Shown: positions 8,518 through 17,820 of the stretch, in pieces
Layout of the letters: every line of letters begins with the position of its first letter
Numbering within the stretch: the first letter of the stretch is position 1
Assembly (NCBI GenBank): GCA_038065235.1
Contig: JBBTRK010000014.1
Coordinates: 16,629 to 80,628 of the forward strand
From: Patescibacteria group bacterium
GTDB lineage: Bacteria > Patescibacteriota > Patescibacteriia > PEXW01
DNA length: 64,000 nt
Reading direction: 5' to 3'
The notes under the pieces: generated by a model
The model's input: the letters and a program-made list of their open reading frames with translations, nothing else
What the model was told of the DNA's origin: nothing
The model's database searches: none
Position numbers and translations under genes: made by a program

Positions 8518-9138
8518 ATGGCTCCCATCCTCCACAAGCAGAAACGCGCCATCCTGGAATACCTTCAGAAGTCCATACAGGACAACGGTTACGCCCCTAC
8601 GCTCACGGAAATTGCCAAAGCGTTTAACCTCTCCTCCCTTGCTACAGTGCACGAGCACCTGGCGTTCTTAGAGGAAGCTGGTTTCATAAAACGCGACCGA
8701 AATAACGCGCGAGGCATTACCCTATCTGAACCCGAGCAGGATGAGGAAGCAAGCGCCACCTCCATGCTCTTGCCGTTAGTTGGCACAATTGCTGCTGGCT
8801 CCCCTATCGAAGCATTTGAAGACAAGCAGGATATGGTTGCCGTGCCGCGCGAGCTGGTCGGCCGTAAGAATGCGTACATCCTCAAAGTTCGTGGTGACTC
8901 GATGATCGAAAGCCTCGTCGCCGATGGCGACCTAGTAGTGGTGGAGAAGAGCCAACTCGCTCATGATGGTGATATGGTTGTGGCTATGCTGGAAGATGGC
9001 ACGGCGACGCTGAAAAAATTCTTCCGCAAGAAGAACTTCGTCCGACTGCAACCCGCGAACGTCAACTACAAACCCATAGACGTGAAGAACGTGACCATCC
9101 AAGGAAAAGTCATAGGCGTCATTCGGAAATTTTCCTAA
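8518..9138 (+). CDS. lexA: LexA repressor (S24 peptidase)
   Basis: 206 aa. N-terminal wHTH (TLTEIAKAFNLSSLATVHEHLAFLEEAGFI). Ala-Gly cleavage site (VGTIAAGSP). Ser (GDSM) and Lys (ATLKK) catalytic dyad context. Confidence 0.9.
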   Translation: MAPILHKQKRAILEYLQKSIQDNGYAPTLTEIAKAFNLSSLATVHEHLAFLEEAGFIKRDRNNARGITLSEPEQDEEASATSMLLPLVGTIAAGSPIEAFEDKQDMVAVPRELVGRKNAYILKVRGDSMIESLVADGDLVVVEKSQLAHDGDMVVAMLEDGTATLKKFFRKKNFVRLQPANVNYKPIDVKNVTIQGKVIGVIRKFS

Positions 9139-9179
9139 GCTATTTTTTTACTTTACAGCTTCGGTTTTTCTTCGGCACA

Positions 9180-9992
9180 ATGAACTTCTTCACTCGCCTC
9201 TCACAACGCGCATCCAGCAACGGCACAGCAGTCGCCCACGTGCGGCTGTGGAACTTTGTCGCGAGCGTTGAACAAGCGCTACAGCCATCACTGCGGAACA
9301 CGCCATTCGCTGTCGTTGATGCAAACAATGCATCTGGACGAGTTATCGATGTAAATGAGCTGGCACGAGCATTGGGCGTACGACCTGGAACAACCGTACA
9401 CCGTCTACGGCAACGTTTCCTAAACGTGCAGATCCGCCAGTACAACCAGGAACGTATGCAAGGTTTCTCAAAAGCTTTCTTCACCCAGGCGAAGCGTTGG
9501 GGCAGAGTTGTCAAAACGGACGAAGCTGGCTATGCAATAACCATTACCATTCCAGCGGTTAATGCCCTGGAACGCGCCGCAGTATTCATGCACATGCAAG
9601 AAATGTGCTGGAAAGAGCTCGAGTGCAACATCACGGTTGGCATTGGTTCAACTATTGCATTTGCAAAGTTGGCTGCCATAGCGTGTGTCGAGCCAGGGTT
9701 TCGCTACTTCGATTGCCATGAGCATCAGGTACTCAATACGCTACCCGTGAGTATCATCCCGGGCATAGGTCGACGGACGTCTGCAGCGCTCGTGCAGCTG
9801 AACGTCCCAACGGTGTGGCACTTCTTGCAGCTCGATCCACAAACGGTCGAGCAGCTCGGCGGGCGGTCTTTGCTCCGCCTCTACCGGCAATACATTCTGG
9901 TGGCTGCATTACCATTCATCGAGCCACTATACACACCATCGGTGAGAATGCACCACCTCTTCCAAAGCACCGCTACAAGCAGCGTAGCGTAA
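9180..9992 (+). CDS. Y-family DNA polymerase paralog lacking catalytic aspartates (ImuB-like), truncated before the little-finger domain
   Basis: 270 aa. Aligns to the DinB N-terminus: DinB IIHVDMDCFFAAVE versus VAHVRLWNFVASVE here, so D8/D10 are replaced by R/W. Also SANY...FGV-like VDANNASGRVIDVNELARALGVRPG and HhH-like LPVSIIPGIGRRTSAAL. Immediately downstream of lexA. Confidence 0.6.
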   Translation: MNFFTRLSQRASSNGTAVAHVRLWNFVASVEQALQPSLRNTPFAVVDANNASGRVIDVNELARALGVRPGTTVHRLRQRFLNVQIRQYNQERMQGFSKAFFTQAKRWGRVVKTDEAGYAITITIPAVNALERAAVFMHMQEMCWKELECNITVGIGSTIAFAKLAAIACVEPGFRYFDCHEHQVLNTLPVSIIPGIGRRTSAALVQLNVPTVWHFLQLDPQTVEQLGGRSLLRLYRQYILVAALPFIEPLYTPSVRMHHLFQSTATSSVA

Positions 9993-10020
9993 GAAAGACA
10001 CAGACTGAATCTTGAGAGTG

Positions 10021-10890
10021 CTAGGAGCTAACTTTCCGGACTTTCACAATGCCTCTGGCAATGAGTATTGCCCGGGCTTGTGCGAGCACTGAGCGCAGAT
10101 CCTTATGTAAGGTTTTCGGCGGTTTTGGTGATGCCACTGGAACCCATAGAAGTTTGAGGTTTGCCACCTCGCCTGTCATAACCCTAGGAAGCGTTCGAGA
10201 GCTCGTCCGTAAAAAAAGGAAGTGATGTAGATGATGGGGTATTTTTTTCGCTAATTTCCCGTGGTCGTCCGAAAGGTACTGCACACCAGGTAAACGAGCG
10301 ACGTACTCGAAATCAGCAACCCCAGTTTCCTCAGTTATCTCCCGCTTCGCAGCAACAAGCAGTGTCTCCCCGATTTCACGATGGCCTTTGGGTGTTCCGA
10401 TACGAAGGTTGTCTTTGCGTTGAACAAAAAGCAATGCGCGCTTCGCTGGGTCGTACACAACGCCACCGGCATTCTCGTGAAACTTCAAACCCCGTGAGGG
10501 TTTAGAAATATTTGGCTCGGCATCGTAACGCGGGGTCAAATATTTCTGTGGCGTTTCCCGAAGTGCACGTTCACCATCCTGAATGACAACCGCCAGGTCA
10601 ACTTGCTGATCTTGCCTTTGCACCATGACGATAGGACATTGTGCAGCGAACGCCAATGTGTTCGCGGTGGTGAGCAGTGAACGCGTTGCCGAGAATGAAA
10701 GCCTATCTTTAGCAACGACAACACCAGTCAAGTAGGGTGCTTGCCTTGGGCTAAGTACATGAGCAATCTGATTGAGGAGTTGACCGCGACCAGTCTGGGG
10801 AAAGTGTTTTGAGTGTCGGTGTGCACCACGTAGCCATGCAATTGTGGTGCCTTCAAACCCTACGACAATGACGAGCAGAGATTTCTTCAC
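10021..10890 (-). CDS. Fusion of a TsaB (YeaZ)-like N-terminal domain and a NUDIX hydrolase
   Basis: 289 aa. N-terminus LLVIVVGFEGTTIAWL...AQCPIVMV resembles the t6A TsaB N-domain. C-terminus carries the Nudix box GHREIGETLLVAAKREITEETGV. Confidence 0.6.
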   Translation of the reverse strand: MKKSLLVIVVGFEGTTIAWLRGAHRHSKHFPQTGRGQLLNQIAHVLSPRQAPYLTGVVVAKDRLSFSATRSLLTTANTLAFAAQCPIVMVQRQDQQVDLAVVIQDGERALRETPQKYLTPRYDAEPNISKPSRGLKFHENAGGVVYDPAKRALLFVQRKDNLRIGTPKGHREIGETLLVAAKREITEETGVADFEYVARLPGVQYLSDDHGKLAKKIPHHLHHFLFLRTSSRTLPRVMTGEVANLKLLWVPVASPKPPKTLHKDLRSVLAQARAILIARGIVKVRKVSS

Positions 10891-11447
10891 GAGTGGAGTT
10901 TATCAACGAGCACAATTTTTCGATTCTCGAGGATGTCGTAGAGAAAACGATCGGTAATGTCATTGCGGTACTGGTACTCCTTCTTGGTAAGTACCGTGTA
11001 CCGCACGTCATGGTCCATGTCGTGCTGAAACCGCCGCACTAGCCTACGGAGTTTTACACGGTTAACCGTGCCAACGATGAAGATATCAGTTTTCGCTTCG
11101 GGAACATTCGTGAAGTAACCCGTTAGCGCAGCGTACGCAATACGCCCAATTGCCAAAATCTTCTTGCCAAAGTCATACTCGGTTAGAAGTTGGGCTTTCA
11201 GAAAGAGCGCTCGGAGCTCAGGGAAAATCGCCGCCTCTTTCACAAAATGGTACGTCTTCCCATTCTCACTGGCGGCCTCTACCACGAGTTGGATAGCTAT
11301 CAAACGTTGAAGCTCTGCGCGTATGGCAGCATCGGTTACATGCAGCTTTCGACGGAGCTCCACTACGCTGTATTGATGCTCTGGGTTGAAAACCAGAACA
11401 CGCAAAACTAGGTAGCGGGTAGTCGTGCCAAAAAGGTGTTGGAGCAT
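10887..11447 (-). CDS. Putative winged-helix DNA-binding protein
   Basis: 186 aa. N-terminal wHTH-like segment (TRYLVLRVLVFNPEHQYSVVELRRKLHVTDAAIRAELQRL). 4-bp overlap with the upstream gene. Divergent from the 11516 gene. Confidence 0.45.
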   Translation of the reverse strand: MLQHLFGTTTRYLVLRVLVFNPEHQYSVVELRRKLHVTDAAIRAELQRLIAIQLVVEAASENGKTYHFVKEAAIFPELRALFLKAQLLTEYDFGKKILAIGRIAYAALTGYFTNVPEAKTDIFIVGTVNRVKLRRLVRRFQHDMDHDVRYTVLTKKEYQYRNDITDRFLYDILENRKIVLVDKLHS

Positions 11448-11515
11448 ATAGAGTCGGCTCGCCGGAGAGGTGTAGCTGTAGTATACTTTGGGTACTTTTT
11501 TGGAACAAGGAAACC

Positions 11516-13771
11516 ATGGGAAGCATCGAAAAACTGCTGATTTACGACGCTACACGAAGCCGGTCAACGACCCACGTCTTTATCGCGCACCCAAGCCCGG
11601 CAGAAGACCGCGCCCTGGGACAACTTGGATTTGTCGCCGAGCTCACCAAAAATGAACGTATTTACCAGGAACTCTTAAGCCGTTTACAGGACTTCCTAAA
11701 GGCTGCGTACTACACCTCGCCAGAGGTGCACGCGGACGTCGCTTTTGAACACACCATTCAAGCTTGCAACCGCTACATCGGTGAGCTCGTTGGTGACTTC
11801 GGCGCCTCATGGGTCGATGAGCTCTCGATGGTGCTCTTCACAGTCCGGAACCAGGAAGTGCACTTCGCTGATGTCGGCCGCCTCGTCGGTTTCCTCGTCC
11901 ACGAGAAGCAAGTTATTGATCTCCTGGGTAACCAACGCGCAACGAGCCGCCGAGTGAATCCCATGAAACTTTTTGCCTCAATTGCATCCGGAACACTTAA
12001 GAATTCTGACGCAATATTCTTCGGCACGTCAAATCTCCTCGACTACTTCTCGGTAGAAAAACTCCGACGCACCATTGTAGAATCTCCTATGGGTGGCGCT
12101 GCGCGCGAGCTGGAAATGACTCTCCGTGTTGATCCAACGCATGCGGCTTTTGCAGCGGTCATCCTGCAACGCCACGAAGTGCCAGTGACCATAGAAAAAT
12201 TGGAACCAATACGCAATGCAAACATTGTTGGCGCCCCACAACGTTCAATGGACGCTATGATTGCTCAATCTGCGCAAACACAGGCATTCCTCACGCCATC
12301 CCTATGGCCAGCGGTGCGTCGCGGGCTGAAACAAGCAGGGCAAAATGCCCGTGTACTATTCCGTGCATGGGTGCTCCGAAAACCAACCCGCTTCTCACCT
12401 GTGCTCGAAACCGTTCCGACCGAACGTGAAGAGACAGTGCGTCAGCGTCCACTCCCCCCAGTTGCCCAGCAAACACGGTTTGGAGCAAAAGCCAACCGCC
12501 GGGCGCTCTTGAAAAAAATACCTAGTGTCATATGGGAACGAAGTAGGCAAGCATTAAAGGCCACCCCCAAAATTCTCTCGGCCTTGCAACGCTTCGGCAG
12601 CATCGTCCGGCGAGCGCCAAAACAAATTCCTGTTTCTATTGAGCAACGTGTTTCTGATGTGCAGCAACTTCCTCGACGCTCTCGTCTACTCTTCTACGGT
12701 ACAGTGGCAGTCGCCGCAATCTTCGCCCTCACGCTCATCGGCATTGGTCTGCAACGCAATCGAAGTGCAGCAGCAACAGCGCAAAAAGCGAACATCACTG
12801 CAATAAGCCAGGCAATTGACCAGGCAAAATCTAGCATCATCTACGGCGATGAAGACCGAGCTCGGACACTCCTCCGAGATGCACAAACAAAGCTAGATGC
12901 ACTCTCGAAGAAAACTTTGAAAGATGCAGAACGCGCCATATCCCAAAATGCAATTCGTGATGTACTCGCCGAAACCCGCCACGCAATTACAACCGCACCC
13001 ACCGAGTTTGCAACCTTACCGTCAGAAAGCCAACCAATTGGCCTTACTCTGCTGGGTCAAAATTTGTACTCAACGGACGCAAAAAATAACCAACTCCTAG
13101 CCATTCCAAGTGCAGATGGAAAAGTGCAACGCAATGTCATACTACCGGGTGACGCTGGAATCCAAGAGCTGACACCGTATGGGAGCGGTTCGCTCATTGC
13201 GCTCATGGCAAACCAAGATGTTATCGAGCAGCGCCCGGGTACAAAAACTGGTACCCGCTCCGCACTCACCGTGCCAACTGCAAATACGAATTTGGTAGGC
13301 CTCGTGAGTTATAATGCTGCGCTCTATACTGTCGACGTGGCGAATAGTACAATTCTCCGAGCGACGAAGAAAGGCTCGGGCTTCACCGCAATCAAATGGC
13401 TTAAGCAAAGTGAAAGTCTTGCAACAACAAGTGATATTGCTGTTGATGGTTCAATCTACACTGTCGCGTCGAACGGGGAAGTACAGAAGTTTACCCAAGG
13501 TCGTCGAGTGACACTGGTGCTCTCTGAAATTGAGCCAAAGCTTACGACTGCAACGAAACTCGCTGGTGACGTTACACTACAGAACCTCTACATCCTCGAC
13601 CCTATAGGCAAACGCGTTGTCGCGTTCACCAAGAATGGAAAGTTCATAAACCAGTATGTACACGACACGCTCGGTAATGCAACGGCAATGACTGTCGACG
13701 AGCGGAACCAAAAAATCTACGTCTTGATCGGTCAAACGATACAAGCCCTCACCTTGCAGAAAGCGAAGTAA
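11516..13771 (+). CDS. Large bitopic membrane protein (cytoplasmic N-domain, one TM, extracellular beta-rich C-domain)
   Basis: 751 aa. Single TM LLFYGTVAVAAIFALTLIGIGL around aa 390-415. C-terminal repeats of alternating hydrophobic/Thr/Gly-rich segments suggest a beta-propeller. No family motif recognised. Confidence 0.5.
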   Translation: MGSIEKLLIYDATRSRSTTHVFIAHPSPAEDRALGQLGFVAELTKNERIYQELLSRLQDFLKAAYYTSPEVHADVAFEHTIQACNRYIGELVGDFGASWVDELSMVLFTVRNQEVHFADVGRLVGFLVHEKQVIDLLGNQRATSRRVNPMKLFASIASGTLKNSDAIFFGTSNLLDYFSVEKLRRTIVESPMGGAARELEMTLRVDPTHAAFAAVILQRHEVPVTIEKLEPIRNANIVGAPQRSMDAMIAQSAQTQAFLTPSLWPAVRRGLKQAGQNARVLFRAWVLRKPTRFSPVLETVPTEREETVRQRPLPPVAQQTRFGAKANRRALLKKIPSVIWERSRQALKATPKILSALQRFGSIVRRAPKQIPVSIEQRVSDVQQLPRRSRLLFYGTVAVAAIFALTLIGIGLQRNRSAAATAQKANITAISQAIDQAKSSIIYGDEDRARTLLRDAQTKLDALSKKTLKDAERAISQNAIRDVLAETRHAITTAPTEFATLPSESQPIGLTLLGQNLYSTDAKNNQLLAIPSADGKVQRNVILPGDAGIQELTPYGSGSLIALMANQDVIEQRPGTKTGTRSALTVPTANTNLVGLVSYNAALYTVDVANSTILRATKKGSGFTAIKWLKQSESLATTSDIAVDGSIYTVASNGEVQKFTQGRRVTLVLSEIEPKLTTATKLAGDVTLQNLYILDPIGKRVVAFTKNGKFINQYVHDTLGNATAMTVDERNQKIYVLIGQTIQALTLQKAK

Positions 13772-13851
13772 TACAACAGGTTCTACACCATTTGGGCGCT
13801 GGCTTGATGTCTCTTCGATTGTTCGTTACACTCCTATCGCATTGATACTCT

Positions 13852-13925
13852 TCCGGGATCGTCTAACGGTAGGACATGGGCCTTTGAAGCCCAGTATCTT
13901 GGTTCGATTCCAAGTCCCGGAACCA
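13852..13925 (+). tRNA. tRNA-Gln (anticodon UUG)
   Basis: Cloverleaf with acceptor TCCGGGA/TCCCGGA (U1-A72), anticodon loop CTTTGAA, T-arm CTTGG-TTCGATT-CCAAG, encoded CCA. Confidence 0.9.
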
Positions 13926-13976
13926 AAAGGTCGGAATCCGATACTTCGGGTCTCGGCCTTTTTTTGTGGGAAAATA

Positions 13977-14903
13977 CTACACCTTCAAATACCGACGCGT
14001 TGCAAACAGCGCGCTCAGCGAGCTCAACACAAGCGCACCGACAAATTGGAAACCAATAATTGACCAGAAATTTTCTTGGAGTAGACCAACAACATTGACG
14101 TCTGTCCCTTTGAAGAAGAACGTATGCAACGATGGCGCTGAGCCTTGCCACAGTAGAAAGATTGCGAGAATAGCAATTCCCGCACCGACCGTGCTATAGA
14201 TGAGGCTCTCCAGAATGAACGGCGCACGGATGAAGCCATTCGATGCACCGACAAGGCGCATGATGCCGATTTCTTCGCGATGGGTGTAGATAGCAATACG
14301 TATTGTATTTATAACGACGATGAGTGAGAGAATAGCGAAAACCGCACTCACGCCTACACCCGCATCGCGAACACGATTGGTAATGGTCGTCAACCGCGCA
14401 ATGACGAGCTGACTGTCTTTGAAATCACGTTTACTATCAGCCACGAACTTGGAGTTTTCACTCTGGTCAACGAATTGCAGTATGGCTTCGTAGGCCGTTA
14501 CTTGCTTCGCCACAATGGTAATGCTAGCCGGAAGTGGATTCTCGGTAAGTTGAGCGAGAAGTTCTTGAATGTTAGGTTCAGCGCTATGAGTTTGCTTGAA
14601 TGCTGCGAATGCCTCATCTTTGCTTTGGTACACTGCGCTCTTCACCTTTGGCTGCTCACGTAAGCGCTGCAGAAAATCCTGGGCTTGGTCTTCGGTGATA
14701 TCTGGTTTCAGCTCAAGCGTCACATCCACCCGTTGTTCAACGGTTTGGAGTGCTCGCTGTCCCACGACATTCAACGCGGCAACGAGGCAAATGGAGAAAA
14801 CCGCAACAGCAACAATGATTGTCGTGACGAGCGAAAGCCACAGGTTGCGTCGAGCATTCTGGCTGGCGAAGCGAAGCGCACGACTAGCTTGGAGGAGCAT
14901 CAT
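13977..14903 (-). CDS. ftsX: Cell-division permease FtsX
   Basis: 308 aa. N-terminal TM, periplasmic domain, three C-terminal TM helices. Adjacent to and overlapping ftsE. Confidence 0.85.
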   Translation of the reverse strand: MMLLQASRALRFASQNARRNLWLSLVTTIIVAVAVFSICLVAALNVVGQRALQTVEQRVDVTLELKPDITEDQAQDFLQRLREQPKVKSAVYQSKDEAFAAFKQTHSAEPNIQELLAQLTENPLPASITIVAKQVTAYEAILQFVDQSENSKFVADSKRDFKDSQLVIARLTTITNRVRDAGVGVSAVFAILSLIVVINTIRIAIYTHREEIGIMRLVGASNGFIRAPFILESLIYSTVGAGIAILAIFLLWQGSAPSLHTFFFKGTDVNVVGLLQENFWSIIGFQFVGALVLSSLSALFATRRYLKV

Positions 14904-15580
14904 AGACGGTACTTCCCAGTTGCTTGGTCAGCGACGAGGTGGCCGTGATCAAGCGTGAGCACGCGCTTGCGCAAACCATTGACGATTTCCCGATTGTGCG
15001 TAACGAGAACGACAGTGGTGCCAAACGCATTTATCTTCAAGAGCAGTTCGATAATCTCATTTGCATTAATAGCATCGAGGTTACCAGTTGGCTCATCGGC
15101 AAGAAGAATTTTTGGTCGGTGCACGAGCGCTCGGGCAATAACCACGCGCTGCTGCTCACCGCCAGATACTTCACGGGGGAAACGATGCTGTTTGTGTTCC
15201 AGCCCCACGATCTTGAAGACTTGAGGAACAATCTGCATGATCTTCGCGTGCGTGACACCGGCTACCTCCAGCGCGAAGGCAACGTTCTCAAAGAGTGTCT
15301 TCTGGGGCAAGAGCTTGAAATCCTGAAATACGACACCAATTTGACGCCGGAGCAGCGGAACATCTTTCAAACTAATGTGCGAAATGTCCCAATCACCAAT
15401 AATCACTCGACCTTCACTTGGGTGCTCTTCAGCGATAATCATTTTCGCGAATGTGGTCTTACCCGTTCCAGACTGCCCTACAATAGAAACAAACTCACCT
15501 GAACCTATCGTCACGCTCACATCTTTCAAGGCAGCGACGCCGTGCGGATAGAGTTTTGAAACTTTTTCAAAAGTTATCAT
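14900..15580 (-). CDS. ftsE: Cell-division ATP-binding protein FtsE
   Basis: 226 aa. Walker A GQSGTGKTT, ABC signature LSGGEQQRV, Walker B ILLADEPT. Confidence 0.9.
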   Translation of the reverse strand: MITFEKVSKLYPHGVAALKDVSVTIGSGEFVSIVGQSGTGKTTFAKMIIAEEHPSEGRVIIGDWDISHISLKDVPLLRRQIGVVFQDFKLLPQKTLFENVAFALEVAGVTHAKIMQIVPQVFKIVGLEHKQHRFPREVSGGEQQRVVIARALVHRPKILLADEPTGNLDAINANEIIELLLKINAFGTTVVLVTHNREIVNGLRKRVLTLDHGHLVADQATGKYRL

Positions 15581-17562
15581 TGGAGGTTTGCAAAGCCAAT
15601 ACTGAGTGTACTCTCGGTGTCTGCATACTGCTTCACAGCCGAAGCAGCGCCCAGTATGACACTGACAATCGTTCGGCCAGTCGTTTTCCCCTTCACTTGG
15701 GTAATTAAACAGTTCCCAGATTCCTCAATATACCCCGTTTTAATACCCGTGACTTGCCAACCAGTATCCAGCATTTTGTTTCGATTCTTCACGGTGTGCA
15801 CTTTCTTCGTGTTGCGGGTACTGAACGTGTAACTCTCTTTCACCGTGGCTCTGGAAATCTCTGGATTCTTGAATGCAATTGCCGCGAGCTTGGCCATATC
15901 ACGTGCCGACCCTTGATTCGCTGGGTCGAGCCCAGTGGGATCAGCAAAGGTCAGTGTGGCAAGCCCGAGTGTTTTGGCTTTCTCGTTCATAAGCTTTACG
16001 AAAGCTTCCTCGCTGAGGTTTGTGGAACGCACAAGAGCGCGGGTAGCATTGTTCGCTGACCCAATGAGCATTGCATGCCAAAGATCATTCGCGGTCATGG
16101 TCTCGCCAGGATTCACGTACAAGCACGAGCAGAACAGTGCTTTATCCGTCTTCTGGTACGTTACGATATTCTTAAAAGTTGGTTTTCTATCCAAGTAAAC
16201 CAGCGCCGTCATGAGCTTTGAAAGGCTCGCAATAGGATGAGCCTCATCTGCATTCTTCGCAGCGACTATCGTCCCCTGCTCAACGTCGTAGGCCACGCCA
16301 GCGGTACTACTCACTGGTAAAGTGACGGGTGTTGGAGATGTGGGATCAACGGCCACTGGGGATATAACTGGATTACTCACTGTATCCCCTAACACTTTAG
16401 GATCAACTGCGGCAACCCGAACCCGAGCGAGCCCACCATTTGAACCTTTAATCTTCTTAAACGCCGTGTAGACTAAGTCAACAACCCGACCCCGTACATA
16501 AGGCCCACGAGATACCACTTTCACAATCGTCGATTTGCCATTCTCTAAATTCGTAACTTTCAGCTTGGTTCCCATGGGGTACCGATTGTGTGCTACGCCA
16601 TCTGGATGCTTCTTACTCTTATACCAGCTGGCAATGCCAACTTCTTCACCGACATCATACACTACGACAGCGTACCCCATGACGTAAGCGGTATTACTCC
16701 TCGTCACTTCCCAAACTTTTACACTGGGGTTATAGAAGAGTACGCGCTGCGGATAGAAACCATTTCCTGATACTTTTGGGGTAATGACGACGCCTTGTGT
16801 GAAACGTTGAAGAATACCATCAGCCCCGCGCAGGCCCACCTGGAGTGCATTTGCCCGTTGTTTGTACCTAGCGGGAAGCGGTGCAGGCAGCGTAGCATCT
16901 GGCGTAAGGACAAAGGTTGCAGCTTGAGAGTAGGCTTGGGCTCGAAGGGTAAGGGTATAAATTGGTAAAACGAAATTCTGACCCGTACTACCAACCGGTA
17001 CATCTACTACGGTACTCGTCGTCGTTACGGCTAAGCCATCATTGTACGCCCCCGGCTTGGTTGCGAGGTCAGCCGCTGGCACAATGACAGTGTGGAGACG
17101 TAACGTGGAGCCGGTGAGTATATTCGCTGTATCAATCTTGCCACCAATAATGCTCCAGGTCATTGTCGTCTCATTGTAACCCAAGAGGACTGTCGCAGAA
17201 TCAGGCTGCGGCGTCGCCGGCACCTTCAGCCAGAGGGATTTCGCTGCCAGAGGCGTATCGGTTGCTGTATCTACATCAAACTTGTACGCTGTTCCCGCTT
17301 GGCTGTACCGAGTAGGGAGCGGCGAGGGCAGAACAACTCCAGGCGCTAGGGTAACTCTTGCTGGGACGCTCACTGCAGCGGCGCGAATGTTCACAAGGAA
17401 ACCATCGCCAATCCGAATCTCCCCTCCGGCATGGTCGGCAGTAAGATCAACGACAGTCGGTTCTACAGCCACCGTTGCCCGGACCCAGCCGAAGCAGGCC
17501 AGGACAATAAGGAGACTAATGAGACGATACGTTCTTGTCATGGGGTGGGTCATTAGGTACAC
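15577..17562 (-). CDS. Secreted fusion protein: RlpA-like double-psi beta-barrel domain plus serine-type D-Ala-D-Ala carboxypeptidase (S11/PBP5-like)
   Basis: 661 aa, signal/TM at N-terminus. DPBB segment GIASWYKSKKHPDGVAHNRYPMGTKLKVTNLENGKSTIVKV. PBP motifs SLSK (SxxK), SANN (SxN), KTG. 4-bp overlap with ftsE. Confidence 0.7.
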   Translation of the reverse strand: MYLMTHPMTRTYRLISLLIVLACFGWVRATVAVEPTVVDLTADHAGGEIRIGDGFLVNIRAAAVSVPARVTLAPGVVLPSPLPTRYSQAGTAYKFDVDTATDTPLAAKSLWLKVPATPQPDSATVLLGYNETTMTWSIIGGKIDTANILTGSTLRLHTVIVPAADLATKPGAYNDGLAVTTTSTVVDVPVGSTGQNFVLPIYTLTLRAQAYSQAATFVLTPDATLPAPLPARYKQRANALQVGLRGADGILQRFTQGVVITPKVSGNGFYPQRVLFYNPSVKVWEVTRSNTAYVMGYAVVVYDVGEEVGIASWYKSKKHPDGVAHNRYPMGTKLKVTNLENGKSTIVKVVSRGPYVRGRVVDLVYTAFKKIKGSNGGLARVRVAAVDPKVLGDTVSNPVISPVAVDPTSPTPVTLPVSSTAGVAYDVEQGTIVAAKNADEAHPIASLSKLMTALVYLDRKPTFKNIVTYQKTDKALFCSCLYVNPGETMTANDLWHAMLIGSANNATRALVRSTNLSEEAFVKLMNEKAKTLGLATLTFADPTGLDPANQGSARDMAKLAAIAFKNPEISRATVKESYTFSTRNTKKVHTVKNRNKMLDTGWQVTGIKTGYIEESGNCLITQVKGKTTGRTIVSVILGAASAVKQYADTESTLSIGFANLQ

Positions 17563-17607
17563 TCTATGACGATTAGATAAATTTCAGGCGGGTATAGTAC
17601 AGTGGTA

Positions 17608-17681
17608 GTATGCATCCTTCCCAAGGATGAGATACGGGTTCGATTCCCGTTACCCGCTCCATGAACCACTCACTATCGTTC
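17608..17681 (+). tRNA. tRNA-Gly (anticodon CCC)
   Basis: Acceptor GCGGGTA/TACCCGC, anticodon loop TTCCCAA, T-loop TTCGATT, CCA encoded. Confidence 0.9.
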
Positions 17682-17711
17682 GGGTTCATGGCAGGCCAAC
17701 TTGTGCCGATG
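17679..17711. repeat. 33-nt hairpin element CCATGAACC-N15-GGTTCATGG overlapping the CCA end of tRNA-Gly (copy 1 of 2)
   Basis: Perfect 9-bp inverted arms. The same element, reverse-complemented (1 nt different), lies at 20580..20612 on the CCA end of tRNA-Thr(UGU). Confidence 0.6.
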
Positions 17712-17724
17712 TAGCTCAGCTGGT

Positions 17725-17800
17725 AGAGCAATGCTTTCGTAAAGCATGGGTCGGAGGTTCGAATCCTCTCATCGGCTCCAGGAATTTTCATTAAACGTAC
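17725..17800 (+). tRNA. tRNA-Thr (anticodon CGU)
   Basis: Acceptor GCCGATG/CATCGGC, anticodon loop TTCGTAA, T-loop TTCGAAT, CCA encoded. Confidence 0.9.
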
Positions 17801-17820
17801 TCAGCTGGGGGTAGTACGCC

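Noticed and set aside
8389-8658. 89-aa minus-strand ORF
   Set aside because: It overlaps the lexA 5' region and promoter in antisense, and it has no motif.
17573-17791. 72-aa minus-strand ORF
   Set aside because: It overlaps tRNA-Gly and tRNA-Thr, which have clean cloverleaves, so it is not coding.
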